DNA from: an uncultured Candidatus Saccharibacteria bacterium | Lineage (GTDB): Bacteria > Patescibacteriota > Saccharimonadia > Saccharimonadales > Saccharimonadaceae | Length of the DNA stretch: 64,000 nucleotides | Assembly (NCBI GenBank): GCA_948614045.1 | Contig: CAPFSK010000002.1 | Location: forward strand, 18,404 to 82,403 | Direction: 5' to 3' | In this document: in pieces, positions 53,750 to 63,933 of the stretch | Layout of the letters: every line of letters begins with the position of its first letter | Numbering within the stretch: the first letter of the stretch is position 1 | The notes under the pieces: model-generated | What the model saw: only the letters and a program-made list of their open reading frames with translations | Told to the model about the DNA's origin: nothing | Database searches by the model: none | Translations under genes and position numbers: made by a program

Positions 53750-54859
53750 CTACGCCTCTTCCCGGCGCCGCTCCTCAATCTCCGCCTCGCGCAGTCCTGG
53801 CACTTCTTCGATTAGTACCTTGATGCATCCGGCGATCGGAATTGCAATGATCGCACCGATTAGACCGAACACGTTCATCCCAATAATAATTGCCACCAGT
53901 ACAACTGTCGCCGGCAGATTCAATGCATTGCCTTGAATCTTCGGCGCAATCACGTTGTTTTCAATCTGCGCATACACGATATAGAATACTAAGAATACGA
54001 TTGCAGCTACCGGCGAACTAAACAGCAAAATCAGCGTAATCAATCCACAGCTAATAATCGGTCCGAACATCGGAATCAAGTAAAATACTAGCGCCAGCAA
54101 CCCCATCGGCAACGCCAGTGAGCCCGAAAAGCCAAACAATAATGACAGCACTAGTACCACGATCGTCACCACACACCCGTCCAAGAATGCCACCATCGCT
54201 TGGTGTGAGACATATGTCGAAAACACATTCACCATTCGCTGAGTCAGCTTCTTATAAGCTCGTACCTCAGAATTCTTATGCTTGCCCTCGATCATCTTCC
54301 AAAAACTCTCTACGATTCCTGGCCCTTCCAGCGAGAAGAATAGCGTCAAAACGATTGTCAAAATCACATTCGTTACTACCTGCGCAATCGTCCCAACGCT
54401 CACTACTAGTGCATTACCGAAATTTGAGACGAAACCGCTCGAAAACGATTCCAGCCATTTACTAATCTCTTCCTGCAGATTATTAATCCCGAGCGTTCGT
54501 CCGAAATTATTAATCCCATCCCATCCGCCAAGCGTATGCTCGAAGGTATCTGGCAGTTGCTGTACGAACTGTGTCGTTTGCTCAATCACCACAGGGCCCA
54601 CGAGCGCGACAATCACCCCTAGAAAGCCAATCACCAAAGCGTATGCGATTACTGACGAACTCGTCGCATGATCCTTTTTCGTCAACTTATTAATCCTCTG
54701 CGCCAGTGGTCGAATCGCCACTGCGAGAAAGAGGGAAATACCAATAATAATCAACGCTGCCCAGGCCTTCCAGATAAACAGCCCTAGCAACCCCAGCGCC
54801 AAAATCACCAACCAAAACCGCACAAACGTCTTCGTATCTACTTCAATTGCTCTGCTCAT
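53750..54859 (-). CDS. AI-2E/PerM-family transporter
   Basis: 369 aa, about 8 TM segments, with the conserved ...YAQIENNVIAPKI... segment. Confidence 0.85.
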   Translation of the reverse strand: MSRAIEVDTKTFVRFWLVILALGLLGLFIWKAWAALIIIGISLFLAVAIRPLAQRINKLTKKDHATSSSVIAYALVIGFLGVIVALVGPVVIEQTTQFVQQLPDTFEHTLGGWDGINNFGRTLGINNLQEEISKWLESFSSGFVSNFGNALVVSVGTIAQVVTNVILTIVLTLFFSLEGPGIVESFWKMIEGKHKNSEVRAYKKLTQRMVNVFSTYVSHQAMVAFLDGCVVTIVVLVLSLLFGFSGSLALPMGLLALVFYLIPMFGPIISCGLITLILLFSSPVAAIVFLVFYIVYAQIENNVIAPKIQGNALNLPATVVLVAIIIGMNVFGLIGAIIAIPIAGCIKVLIEEVPGLREAEIEERRREEA

Positions 54860-54912
54860 CTGACCTCCTTTTCTCTATCGTAACACGCTTCTGGCTCAGC
54901 GTCCAGCAAAAC

Positions 54913-56259
54913 TCAGCGTCCAGCGTAATATCGCGCCAAAAACTCGCGCTTGTATTCTGCGAAGTTATCATCCAGCATCGCCTGTCGCACTTCCTCGGTC
55001 AGCCTCACGATAAATCTCAAATTATGTGTCGAAGCTAGATTATAATATTTTTGTTTCTTCTCCGTATCGCCCGACCGCCATAGCGCCCTGAGACTCCCTC
55101 TCGTCCACCCCGCTCGACACGTCGCGCAGTCACAACCCGGCTCTAACGCTTCTCCCGAATCTGCCATTTTGCGCAAATTATAATTCCCGTCGCGCGTGTA
55201 GATTTTCCCGTGTCGCGCCTCGCGCATCGGTGCCACGCAGTCAAACGTATCCGCTCCCATCTCCGCCCCAATCAAAATATCATCCGGATGCGACAATCCA
55301 AGTAAATGTCGCGGTTTATCCATCGGTAGCTCCTCATTACACCAGCGCAAAATCTCCCCCAAATCCTCTTTCAGGAACGCTCCACCTAGCCCGAAGCCAT
55401 CAAACCCTATCCCGTCAACCTCCATTTTTGCCAAGTTCCGCGCCGTCTGCCGCCGCAGATCCTCCCAACGCCCACCCTGTAAAACACCATATAAATTCTG
55501 CCGATAGCCCAGGTCATCACGATGTTTAATATGTTCTCTTAAACTCCGGAGTGCCCAGCGCTCCGTCCGTTCCATTGCCTCGATATTATACTCATAAGTA
55601 TCCGCCAGTGACGTCAATTCATCAAACGCCATATGAATATCCGCCCCGATCCGACACTGAATCTGCATCGACTCTTCCGGCCCGATGAATTCCGGCTCAT
55701 GGTCGAACGGGTCAATAAAGCTCACGCCCTCTTCGCGCACCTGCGCTAGCCGCTCCTTATGCGCTGTATTTATTACGCCCCGCTCCTTCTCCATCGACAC
55801 TACTTTGCCTAGTCCCGACCCCAGTGACATCACCTGAAACCCACCCGAATCAGTCAAAGTTGGACCATGCCAAGGCTCGGCTGACAGGTTGTCCGGACGG
55901 AGGCCTACCGAATTTTCTTTTTGGGAATCTCCGGAGGTTACGACCGAGGACGAAGACGCGACTCGCCCATGACGACGGGACAAGTCGACGTCGTGTCCCG
56001 AAGAGAATGATTCCGTAGGCTTCCATTCGGCCAGCCCGCCAGCTTCAGCAATTTCATGGCTTCTCCGTCTTAGATGAAACCCATTCGACAGCATCGCCTG
56101 CGCCCCAATGCCACGCAAATCTTCCGCCGACAAAAACCGCACGTAACCCTGCGTCCCCACCGCCATAAACGCCGGCGTTTTAATCTCACCGTGCGCCATC
56201 CGTATCGTTCCGACCCGCCCCAGGCCATTCGGCAGTACTTTTTCAACCTGAAAATCCAT
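54913..56259 (-). CDS. tgt: tRNA-guanine transglycosylase (with ~50-aa insertion)
   Basis: GRVGTIRMAHGEIKTPAFMAVGT...LTDSGGFQ...Zn site CDCATC.... Start taken at MDFQVEK. Confidence 0.9.
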   Translation of the reverse strand: MDFQVEKVLPNGLGRVGTIRMAHGEIKTPAFMAVGTQGYVRFLSAEDLRGIGAQAMLSNGFHLRRRSHEIAEAGGLAEWKPTESFSSGHDVDLSRRHGRVASSSSVVTSGDSQKENSVGLRPDNLSAEPWHGPTLTDSGGFQVMSLGSGLGKVVSMEKERGVINTAHKERLAQVREEGVSFIDPFDHEPEFIGPEESMQIQCRIGADIHMAFDELTSLADTYEYNIEAMERTERWALRSLREHIKHRDDLGYRQNLYGVLQGGRWEDLRRQTARNLAKMEVDGIGFDGFGLGGAFLKEDLGEILRWCNEELPMDKPRHLLGLSHPDDILIGAEMGADTFDCVAPMREARHGKIYTRDGNYNLRKMADSGEALEPGCDCATCRAGWTRGSLRALWRSGDTEKKQKYYNLASTHNLRFIVRLTEEVRQAMLDDNFAEYKREFLARYYAGR

Positions 56260-56339
56260 ATTATTACTATTATAATATCTTTTTCCATAATTACAACAGA
56301 ACAAAACCCTTGTATTTTCCCAAAAAAGCGTAAAAAGTA

Positions 56340-56368
56340 TTGACTTTTTAGCCAAAGTATGCTACAAT
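56340..56368 (+). promoter_or_regulatory. Promoter cassette copy 4
   Basis: TATTGACTTTTTAGCC...TATGCTACAATG with a 17-nt spacer. Confidence 0.75.
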
Positions 56369-56374
56369 GAAAGC

Positions 56375-56485
56375 GTAAGATGCTATTAAATCAGCGTCAC
56401 GGGCTCTATCTAACCTAAGGCGCAAGTTCGCATCTTAGGCATTTTATGAGTTTGTGGCACTGCATACTTTTAGGAGGGAATTAGT
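56375..56485 (+). ncRNA. Structured 5' leader (copy B), homologous to 10818-10931
   Basis: Outer helix 56394-56400/56454-56460 and inner hairpin 56414-56419/56434-56439, then SD TAGGAGGG. Confidence 0.5.
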
Positions 56486-57043
56486 ATGAGAAAAAGAAGA
56501 AATATGGCAATTATTGTCGGAGTATTCACGTTATTTTTGGTAATCGTAGTAGGCTTAATGAATGATCCCGCATGGGTGAAAAAAGAGACACTCCAAACTT
56601 GCGAGTATACGACCATTGAGCCAGGTGGAGATGAGCTACACTTCTTTATGGAGCGCTACTCCTGTCCTAGTGCTGAATGTTTCCCGCAGAGTTGGGATGG
56701 CATGACGTTTCGGCACACCCATTTTACGGTAACTATGAGGCATGCTGATATGGATGGCGATCCAATTGATACCATTAAACGTGAGTTTGTCCACATCGAG
56801 GGGCGTGACCTTATTATAGGAGAGGATCTTACGCCAGTCGATTTAATAAATTTAGTCTTAAGTGAATACGGTAAGCAGGAAGGAGAAAAAGACCCCGTAA
56901 ATAGAGGAAAAGTATCTTCCGCTGACTTGCCTAGATGGGGTGATACGGTAACTGATGTCTATTATATGCCCTATAATCCGAAGGATGACCCCACAAATAA
57001 GCCGGGATATAACCCTGGCTTAGGGCGCAACGGTGACCAATAA
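56486..57043 (+). CDS. Hypothetical membrane-anchored/secreted protein (orphan, 185 aa)
   Basis: N-terminal TM segment MAIIVGVFTLFLVIVVGLM, an SD, and a downstream terminator. Confidence 0.7.
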   Translation: MRKRRNMAIIVGVFTLFLVIVVGLMNDPAWVKKETLQTCEYTTIEPGGDELHFFMERYSCPSAECFPQSWDGMTFRHTHFTVTMRHADMDGDPIDTIKREFVHIEGRDLIIGEDLTPVDLINLVLSEYGKQEGEKDPVNRGKVSSADLPRWGDTVTDVYYMPYNPKDDPTNKPGYNPGLGRNGDQ

Positions 57044-57072
57044 TAGCCCCAAGAAAGGTGTCACTTTCTCAA

Positions 57073-57101
57073 CCGCTCAAGATTCGTCTTGGGCGGTTTT
57101 T
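57073..57101 (+). terminator. Intrinsic terminator
   Basis: CCGCTCAAGA-ttcg-TCTTGGGCGG followed by TTTTT. Confidence 0.75.
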
Positions 57102-57120
57102 CATGTTACAATATAATTAT

Positions 57121-57852
57121 ATGAAAATCCTACAACTCAACGTCTGGATGGGTAAGGTCGAAGGCACCCTCCGGCGTTTTCTCGAAAAATACGATTTCGA
57201 TGTCATCTGCATGCAAGAAGTTTTTGCTTCTGATGATTGCGCTAGCCATCTTTCGCGCCTCTGTTTCGACCGCGAGCAAATTCAGAAAGCGAGCCGTCTG
57301 CCTCATGCTCTCTTTTCGCCGAATTGGAGCAGCGAAATTGCTGGCGGTACCTTTGAAGAGGGGAATCTGATTTTAAGCCGTATCCCGTTCGCCGAAACCC
57401 ATAGTGAATTCATTAGTGGCGAGTACAGGGAGAAGATGATACTCGGCGAAGTGGTTGGCAATAATTTAAATATTCAGATCGCCAAGCTTGAAAACGGCCT
57501 TACGGTCATTAATCATCACGGCTTCTGGCGACCTAATCCGATAGGCGACGAAGAGAGTGTTAGGGCCTTTACCAAGGTTGGCAATATCGTCCGCCAGGTC
57601 CCTGGCCCACTTGTCATGTGTGGTGATTTGAATGTTATTCATGATTCTCCCGCTATGCGCCCGCTCGATTTTCTCCGCGATTTAACGCAAGAATATGACG
57701 TCGAGACTACGCTCTCTGGTCTTAAATTCGACGGTAAAGTTGCCTGTGACCATATTCTCGTGAACGACGAAGTTGATGTCCAAGATTTCGCCGTGTTGCC
57801 GGATCTTGTGTCTGACCATCTGGCGCTCACGGCTGAGATTGAACTTAGCTAA
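57121..57852 (+). CDS. Endonuclease/exonuclease/phosphatase-family protein
   Basis: MKILQLNVW...DVICMQEV...GDLN...SDHLAL. Confidence 0.85.
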   Translation: MKILQLNVWMGKVEGTLRRFLEKYDFDVICMQEVFASDDCASHLSRLCFDREQIQKASRLPHALFSPNWSSEIAGGTFEEGNLILSRIPFAETHSEFISGEYREKMILGEVVGNNLNIQIAKLENGLTVINHHGFWRPNPIGDEESVRAFTKVGNIVRQVPGPLVMCGDLNVIHDSPAMRPLDFLRDLTQEYDVETTLSGLKFDGKVACDHILVNDEVDVQDFAVLPDLVSDHLALTAEIELS

Positions 57853-57914
57853 CCTCAAAAAGAAAACCTCCCCTTATTTGCTAAGGAAAGGTCTATTTAG
57901 GAGCTTAAGATTCT

Positions 57915-58646
57915 TCAATGATTTGGTGAGCCGGGCTCATCCTGTGGCGTAATTCGTTTACCGTGTTGGAATTTTAGCCTGTACACCATTTGACGTGCTA
58001 AGCGCTTCGTCACCAATAGTAGCAAAATCCCCTCAATCGCAATCGCCGCTACGTAGGCAAAGACCGCCTGCTCGACAAACTCTCGAAACGATAACTTTCC
58101 GAGAAATGCAATCGGTTCAAACAGCAGTATATCCGGTATATGCGCCAGCACTGATGAGAATAACGCGCGCTTCCAGAATGCGCCATTGCGTTGTTTTCGG
58201 CGCACGCGCTCAAAGACATAGTTATTACATAACTGGCTTGCCAGGAAGCCGACGATACTCGCTAGGAATATCCGGCCTACTACGCCTGAAATCGTCAAGA
58301 AGCCGCCATTGTCGGCCCCGGGATAATCCGGCAACATCCTCGCTAGGGCAATAAACGCTGCCGCTAATAGCCCAACTCCGCAGCTCGCCCATGCTACGCT
58401 ATCGGCAATACGCTTACCGTAAATCTCAACCAGCAAATCGCCTAAAACATAGGATAGAGGAAACAGCAAAATTCCGCCATCTACCGGTATCCCGCCGAGA
58501 CTCCAGATTTTCGTCGCTGATAAATTTGCGGTAATCATTGTCATCGCCATAAGCGCCGACATTGCTATCAACGCCCCCACCGCTCTAGGTGTCAAACAAC
58601 GGTTCAGTTTCTTCTCCAGTAAAACCTGGTCTACGTGATTCTCCAT
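57915..58646 (-). CDS. yhhQ: Queuosine-precursor transporter (YhhQ/DUF165 family)
   Basis: LLFPLSYVLGDLLVEIYGK and 6 TM segments. SD GAAAGGAG before the ATG at 58646. Confidence 0.85.
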   Translation of the reverse strand: MENHVDQVLLEKKLNRCLTPRAVGALIAMSALMAMTMITANLSATKIWSLGGIPVDGGILLFPLSYVLGDLLVEIYGKRIADSVAWASCGVGLLAAAFIALARMLPDYPGADNGGFLTISGVVGRIFLASIVGFLASQLCNNYVFERVRRKQRNGAFWKRALFSSVLAHIPDILLFEPIAFLGKLSFREFVEQAVFAYVAAIAIEGILLLLVTKRLARQMVYRLKFQHGKRITPQDEPGSPNH

Positions 58647-58745
58647 ACCATCACTCCTTTCAAAGAACCTGCCTCTTAGAGGCAATTTTCAGTGACGTTC
58701 TAGGTGACCTAGAACAGGGATGATCCAAAATCATCCCATCTTTCC

Positions 58746-58774
58746 ATTATATCACACCTTACTTAAAAAGTCAA
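58746..58774 (-). promoter_or_regulatory. Promoter of yhhQ
   Basis: On the minus strand, TTGACT-17 nt-TATAAT. It is followed by a ~95-nt leader with three hairpins. Confidence 0.65.
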
Positions 58775-58844
58775 TATGCACCCCTATTATTCTCTTAGCA
58801 CTTACCCCCTTGACTCTGCTAAAAAATCGCCTTATAATGGTCTA

Positions 58845-60608
58845 ATGTTCAAAATGTTTAAGTACTTAAAACCTTATGCTTGGCAGGCGATTTTGCTATT
58901 AGGAATGATCGCATTGCAAGTCTGGTCGTCGCTTCAACTTCCGGCGATGATGGCTGATATCATTAATAATGGCATTATGAAGAGCGACCTCGACTATATT
59001 TGGCGCACCGGTGTTTGGATGCTCGGGCTCGCAGTGCTCTCGGCTTTTTGTGCCTTTATGGCTAGCTTCCTCTCCGCCCGTATTGGTACGGCTTTCTCGC
59101 GTGATGTACGTAGTGATTTATTTAAACATATTTTAAGTTTTAGTATTGCTGATATTGATAATTTCTCAACCGCTTCACTTATTACCCGTACAACGAACGA
59201 TATTAATCAGGTTCAGCAAGCCATTATCATGTGTCTCTCGATGGCCCTGCGTGCACCGATGACCTGTATTTTGGCTATCGGTCAGGCTATCGCTACTGCG
59301 CCTGATATGACTTGGATTATCGCACTCGCTGTTGGCGTGATTCTATTCTTGACAATTTTGATTATGTCGATTGTCATGCCAAAATTCGACCTCATCCAAA
59401 AACTTGCCGATCGGATTACGATGTTGACGCGCGAAAATCTCACTGGTCTGCGAGTCATTCGCGCTTTCAATAACGAAAAGCTGGAAAAACGCAAATTTGA
59501 TAAGACGAATGATGAGTTCTCGCATTGGAACGCTTGGGTCGACGTAATTTTGTCGCTTCAGAGCCCACTGATTAGTCTTGTATTTAATGGAACGACGCTG
59601 CTCTGTATCTGGATTGGTATCTCGTTGATTACGAAAGATATCGCTTACCTTGGCAACATGATGGCGTTCATGCAGTATGCCATCCAGGTTGTCATGTCCT
59701 TCCTCTTCCTCACTATGCTCTTCGTCGTCCTACCACGTGCCAATGTTTCGGCGAAGCGGATTAACGCAGTCTTGGATGCCAAACCCCAGATTAGCTGGAA
59801 GCCTCATACGGTTGGTAAACCCGAGCTACGTCCGTCGGTTGAGTTTAGTCATGTTGACTTCGCTTATCCTGGCGCCGAAGAGAAGGTCTTGCAGGATATT
59901 TCATTCGTCGCACAGCCAGGAGAAACCACGGCCTTTATCGGTTCCACTGGTTCGGGCAAATCGACTTTGATTAACCTCGTACCACGCTTCTTCGAGACGA
60001 CTGGTGGTGAGATTAAGATCAATGGACTGAGTCTCAAGGATTATTCCGAACATGATTTGATGCGTCGGATTGGCTATGTTCCGCAGCGCGGCGTACTCTT
60101 TGCCGGTACCGTCAAGAGCAACATTCTCTTTGGCGCACCAGAGGCCGGCGAGGAACAGATGCGGCTCGCCGCACGTGTCTCCCAGTCTGAAGAGTTTATC
60201 GAAAAACTCGATAAAAAATACGATTCTCATATCGCTCAAGGCGGAACTAACGTTTCCGGCGGTCAGCGCCAGCGCTTGTCAATTGCTCGTGCGATTGCGA
60301 AAGACCCGGATATTTACATATTCGACGATTCCTTCTCGGCACTCGATATGAAGACTGACGCCAAGCTTCGTGCGGCCCTAAAGCCAGTTACTGAGAATGC
60401 CGTTACGCTCGTAGTGGCACAGCGTATTAGTACGATTCGCGATGCAGAACAGATTATTGTCTTGGACCAAGGTAAAGTTGTTGGCAAGGGAAATCATTAT
60501 GACTTATTAGCAGGTTGCAGAATTTATCGCGAAATCGCTAAGTCGCAGCTCTCAGATCAGGAATTTAAATCTGAATTGTCAAAAGCAGAGGAGGTAAAAC
60601 ATGCCTAA
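58845..60608 (+). CDS. ABC exporter half-transporter (TMD-NBD), subunit 1 of a heterodimer
   Basis: 6 TM segments plus an NBD (GSTGSGKST, VSGGQRQR, IFDDSFSALD). TTGACT-17-TATAAT lies 6 nt upstream of the ATG. Confidence 0.9.
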   Translation: MFKMFKYLKPYAWQAILLLGMIALQVWSSLQLPAMMADIINNGIMKSDLDYIWRTGVWMLGLAVLSAFCAFMASFLSARIGTAFSRDVRSDLFKHILSFSIADIDNFSTASLITRTTNDINQVQQAIIMCLSMALRAPMTCILAIGQAIATAPDMTWIIALAVGVILFLTILIMSIVMPKFDLIQKLADRITMLTRENLTGLRVIRAFNNEKLEKRKFDKTNDEFSHWNAWVDVILSLQSPLISLVFNGTTLLCIWIGISLITKDIAYLGNMMAFMQYAIQVVMSFLFLTMLFVVLPRANVSAKRINAVLDAKPQISWKPHTVGKPELRPSVEFSHVDFAYPGAEEKVLQDISFVAQPGETTAFIGSTGSGKSTLINLVPRFFETTGGEIKINGLSLKDYSEHDLMRRIGYVPQRGVLFAGTVKSNILFGAPEAGEEQMRLAARVSQSEEFIEKLDKKYDSHIAQGGTNVSGGQRQRLSIARAIAKDPDIYIFDDSFSALDMKTDAKLRAALKPVTENAVTLVVAQRISTIRDAEQIIVLDQGKVVGKGNHYDLLAGCRIYREIAKSQLSDQEFKSELSKAEEVKHA

Positions 60609-62430
60609 AACCGGAAATGGCGAAAAGCCGAAAAACCTTGGGGTTGCTTTCAAGCGTTTCGTGTCGACTCTGAAGCCTTGGATGGTACCAATTATTTTTG
60701 CGATGGTTCTCTCGGTTGGTGCGACCGTTTGCTCGATCTTTGGGCCAAAAGTCCTCGGCGAAATGACCAATACTGCCGCTGAAGACTACGGCCAGGCCGT
60801 TATTGAAGCCGGTGGGCAAGTTCCCGACAGCGAAACATTAGGTGCCGCGATTAGCTGGGGAAAGCTAGGGCAGCTGGCCCTCATCCTGATTGGTCTTTAC
60901 CTCGTTTCGGCCGTATTGAGTTATGTTGAAGGCGTTATTCTTTCAGTTGTTTCGGCGCATTATGCGAAAAAGATGCGCGCCGAGCTTTTAGACAAAATTA
61001 GCCGCTTGCCGATTTCTTATTTCGATAAGCATCAGTTTGGCGACACTCTCTCGCGCATGTCAAACGACATTAGCACAGTTGCTAATACGCTCGCCGACGT
61101 GCTTTCGCGTATTATCACCAGCCTTACGACGGTCATCGGTATCTTAATTATGATGCTGACGATTTCAGTTTGGCTATCGGTCATTGCACTTGTTGCTGTG
61201 CCGTTTTCACTAATCTTTGTCGGGTTGGTGGCGAAAAAAGGCCAGAAATACTTCCGCAGCCAGCAGACTACGCTTGGTAATTTGAATAATATTATCGAAG
61301 AGGACTACTCCGGGCAGGCTATTATTAAGGCCAATTCTTATGAAGCGAATGCGATTCAAAAATTCAATCAGACCAGCAATCGCCTCTACGAAGTTTCTTG
61401 GAAAGCTCAGTTCTTCGGTGCGCTTGCCTTTCCGATTACCCACGTCTTTACCAATTTAAGTTACGTTCTGATTTGTGTCGCTGGCGGTCGTCTTGCGATT
61501 GACGGGAAGCTGCTAATCGGTAGTGTTCAGGCATTTATCCAGTACGTCAATCAGTTCAATCGCCCGATCACCGAAGTTTCGCAAATTGCTGCCAATATCC
61601 AACAAACTCTCGCTGCCGCGGAGCGCATCTATGACTTCCTAGATGAACCCGAGGAATCGCCTGATCCTGTCTCAGCATCGGAAATTTCCGCCATCAAAGG
61701 CGCAGTCGGTTTTCATAATGTTAACTTTTCTTACGACAAGGAGCGTCCGATTATTAAAGATTTTTCGGTCAAGATTCAACCCGGCATGCAGGTTGCGATC
61801 GTCGGCCCGACCGGCGCCGGTAAAACGACGATTATTAATCTCCTTATGCGTTTCTACGACCCGGATAGCGGGTATATCACGATTGATGGCGTGCCGACGA
61901 AAGAGATGAAGCGCGCTGATGTCCGTAAACTCTTCAGCATGGTCCTACAGGATACTTGGCTCTTCTCCGGGACGATCGAGGAGAATCTGAAGTACGGCAA
62001 GACAGGTGCTACGCATGATGAAATTGTTCGCGCGACCGAAGCTAGCAACACGCATCATTTTATCGAATCTCTATCTCACGGTTATCGCACGATGATTTCT
62101 GAAGATTCGGATAATATCTCTGCTGGTGAGAAACAGCTACTTACGATTGCTCGTGCCATGGTCGCAAATCCGCCGATGATGATCCTGGATGAGGCGACGT
62201 CCAATGTCGATACGCGCACTGAACAACTAATCCAAGATGCTTTTGCGAAGTTAACCCATGGGCGCACGAGCTTCGTCATCGCTCACCGCCTGTCAACGAT
62301 TCGTAATTCCGACCTGATCTTGGTCATGAAAGAGGGCAACATTGTCGAACAGGGTACGCATGACCAGCTGCTTGCTCAGAATGGCTTCTATGCTGAACTT
62401 TACAATTCACAGTTTGCGGACGCCGAATAA
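60601..62430 (+). CDS. ABC exporter half-transporter (TMD-NBD), subunit 2
   Basis: GPTGAGKTT, ISAGEKQL, ILDEATSNVD. Overlaps subunit 1 by 8 nt. Confidence 0.9.
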   Translation: MPKTGNGEKPKNLGVAFKRFVSTLKPWMVPIIFAMVLSVGATVCSIFGPKVLGEMTNTAAEDYGQAVIEAGGQVPDSETLGAAISWGKLGQLALILIGLYLVSAVLSYVEGVILSVVSAHYAKKMRAELLDKISRLPISYFDKHQFGDTLSRMSNDISTVANTLADVLSRIITSLTTVIGILIMMLTISVWLSVIALVAVPFSLIFVGLVAKKGQKYFRSQQTTLGNLNNIIEEDYSGQAIIKANSYEANAIQKFNQTSNRLYEVSWKAQFFGALAFPITHVFTNLSYVLICVAGGRLAIDGKLLIGSVQAFIQYVNQFNRPITEVSQIAANIQQTLAAAERIYDFLDEPEESPDPVSASEISAIKGAVGFHNVNFSYDKERPIIKDFSVKIQPGMQVAIVGPTGAGKTTIINLLMRFYDPDSGYITIDGVPTKEMKRADVRKLFSMVLQDTWLFSGTIEENLKYGKTGATHDEIVRATEASNTHHFIESLSHGYRTMISEDSDNISAGEKQLLTIARAMVANPPMMILDEATSNVDTRTEQLIQDAFAKLTHGRTSFVIAHRLSTIRNSDLILVMKEGNIVEQGTHDQLLAQNGFYAELYNSQFADAE

Positions 62431-62459
62431 TTTTGCTGGGCACATGCTATAATAGGAAT

Positions 62460-62948
62460 ATGAAAGTACGAGGTTTTGAAATTGCCAAAGGCTGGGAAGA
62501 TAAGAATATCGCCCTGCCGCGCCGTAGTACTGCGCAGGCGGCGGCTTATGACATTGCCGCCGCAGAAGACGTCATTGTACCGGTATTTCGCCCCGGTATC
62601 AAGCCTACACTTATTCCGACCGGTCTGAAGGCCTATTGTCAGCCTGACGAATGTTATTTTATTTTCAATCGCAGTTCTGGCGCCGGCAAGGGAATTGTGT
62701 TAGCGAATGGCGTCGGCGTGATCGATGCGGACTACTATGGCAATCCCGAGACCGATGGTCATTTCCAGGTCCTGGTCTTCAACGTCCTTAATCATGATTT
62801 ACAGATCAAGAAAGGTGATCGTATCGCGCAAGTTATTTTCCAGAAGTTCCTGATAGCTGACGGCGACGACGCTAGTGGTCAGCGCCGTGGCGGTTTCGGC
62901 TCGACCGACAGGGCTCAAGATGAGAATGGTATTGACAAAAATGAATAA
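62460..62948 (+). CDS. dut: dUTP diphosphatase
   Basis: AAAYDI...NRSS...GVIDADYYG...GDRIAQ...RGGFGSTD motifs. Confidence 0.85.
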   Translation: MKVRGFEIAKGWEDKNIALPRRSTAQAAAYDIAAAEDVIVPVFRPGIKPTLIPTGLKAYCQPDECYFIFNRSSGAGKGIVLANGVGVIDADYYGNPETDGHFQVLVFNVLNHDLQIKKGDRIAQVIFQKFLIADGDDASGQRRGGFGSTDRAQDENGIDKNE

Positions 62949-62992
62949 ACCCCTGCGAAGGGTGCACTAAGAAGGTAAAAACGGAGGTATAA

Positions 62993-63886
62993 ATGAGTAA
63001 AAGTAAGGTTTATTTCACCCGCGAAATCTCACCAGCTAGCCTGGTGAGAGTCTATGAGGCATTAGGCGTAACATTGCCCGGCAAGGTCGCGGTGAAGATT
63101 TCGACTGGCGAAGCTGGCAATCCGAATTATCTGAAGCCTGAGCTGATTCAAGATTTAGTTCAGAAGCTAAAGGGCACAATTGTCGAGTGTAATACGGCTT
63201 ACGAAGGGGCGCGTAATGATACTGTAGCGCATCTCCAGACTGCCAAGGAGCATGGTTTCACCGAAATTGCCGATGTCGATATTATGGATGCCGATGGCGA
63301 AATTGAAATCCCCGTAAAGAATGGCAAGTACCTCGAGGTTGACATTATTGGCAAGAACTTCGAGAATTATGATTCTATGCTAAATCTTGCGCATTTCAAA
63401 GGTCATCCGATGGGTGGCTTCGGCGGTGCGCTCAAAAATCAATCCATCGGTATCGCCTCGGCGGCTGGCAAAGCTTATATTCATACTGCCGGGAAGAGCC
63501 GCGACGTGGCGACGCTCTGGGAGCATACTGCGCCGCAGGATGATTTTCTCGAGTCAATGGCGGAGGCAGCTACGGCGGTTGCGGATTATATGAGGGAGCA
63601 GGAAAAGCCGATTGTTTATATTAACGTTATCAATAACCTTAGTGTCGACTGTGATTGCGTTGCGACGCCTGAGGCGCCTTGTATGGCGGACATTGGGATC
63701 GCCGGCTCGCTCGACCCGGTTGCCCTCGACCAGGCCTGCATTGATATGATTTGGAATTCGGATGATCCTGGGCGTGACCATTTCGTCGAGCGCGTCGAAC
63801 GCCAGAATGGCCGGCTGATTATTGACGCGGCCGCCAGGCTCGGTCTCGGGTCGAAAGACTATGAACTTGTTGAGCTAGATCAATAA
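62993..63886 (+). CDS. DUF362-like protein
   Basis: Overall pattern (KVYFT...ISTGE.GN...) resembles DUF362. SD GGAGG upstream. Confidence 0.6.
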   Translation: MSKSKVYFTREISPASLVRVYEALGVTLPGKVAVKISTGEAGNPNYLKPELIQDLVQKLKGTIVECNTAYEGARNDTVAHLQTAKEHGFTEIADVDIMDADGEIEIPVKNGKYLEVDIIGKNFENYDSMLNLAHFKGHPMGGFGGALKNQSIGIASAAGKAYIHTAGKSRDVATLWEHTAPQDDFLESMAEAATAVADYMREQEKPIVYINVINNLSVDCDCVATPEAPCMADIGIAGSLDPVALDQACIDMIWNSDDPGRDHFVERVERQNGRLIIDAAARLGLGSKDYELVELDQ

Positions 63887-63933
63887 AGCTACGAGGGGTT
63901 GAGGAGTGAACTCTACGCCTTCGTCCTCTCGCG

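Noticed and set aside
58647-58745. Confident preQ1 riboswitch call upstream of yhhQ
   Set aside because: Hairpins are present, but there is no recognisable preQ1-I loop plus A-rich 3' tail consensus. It is reported only as an unassigned structured leader.
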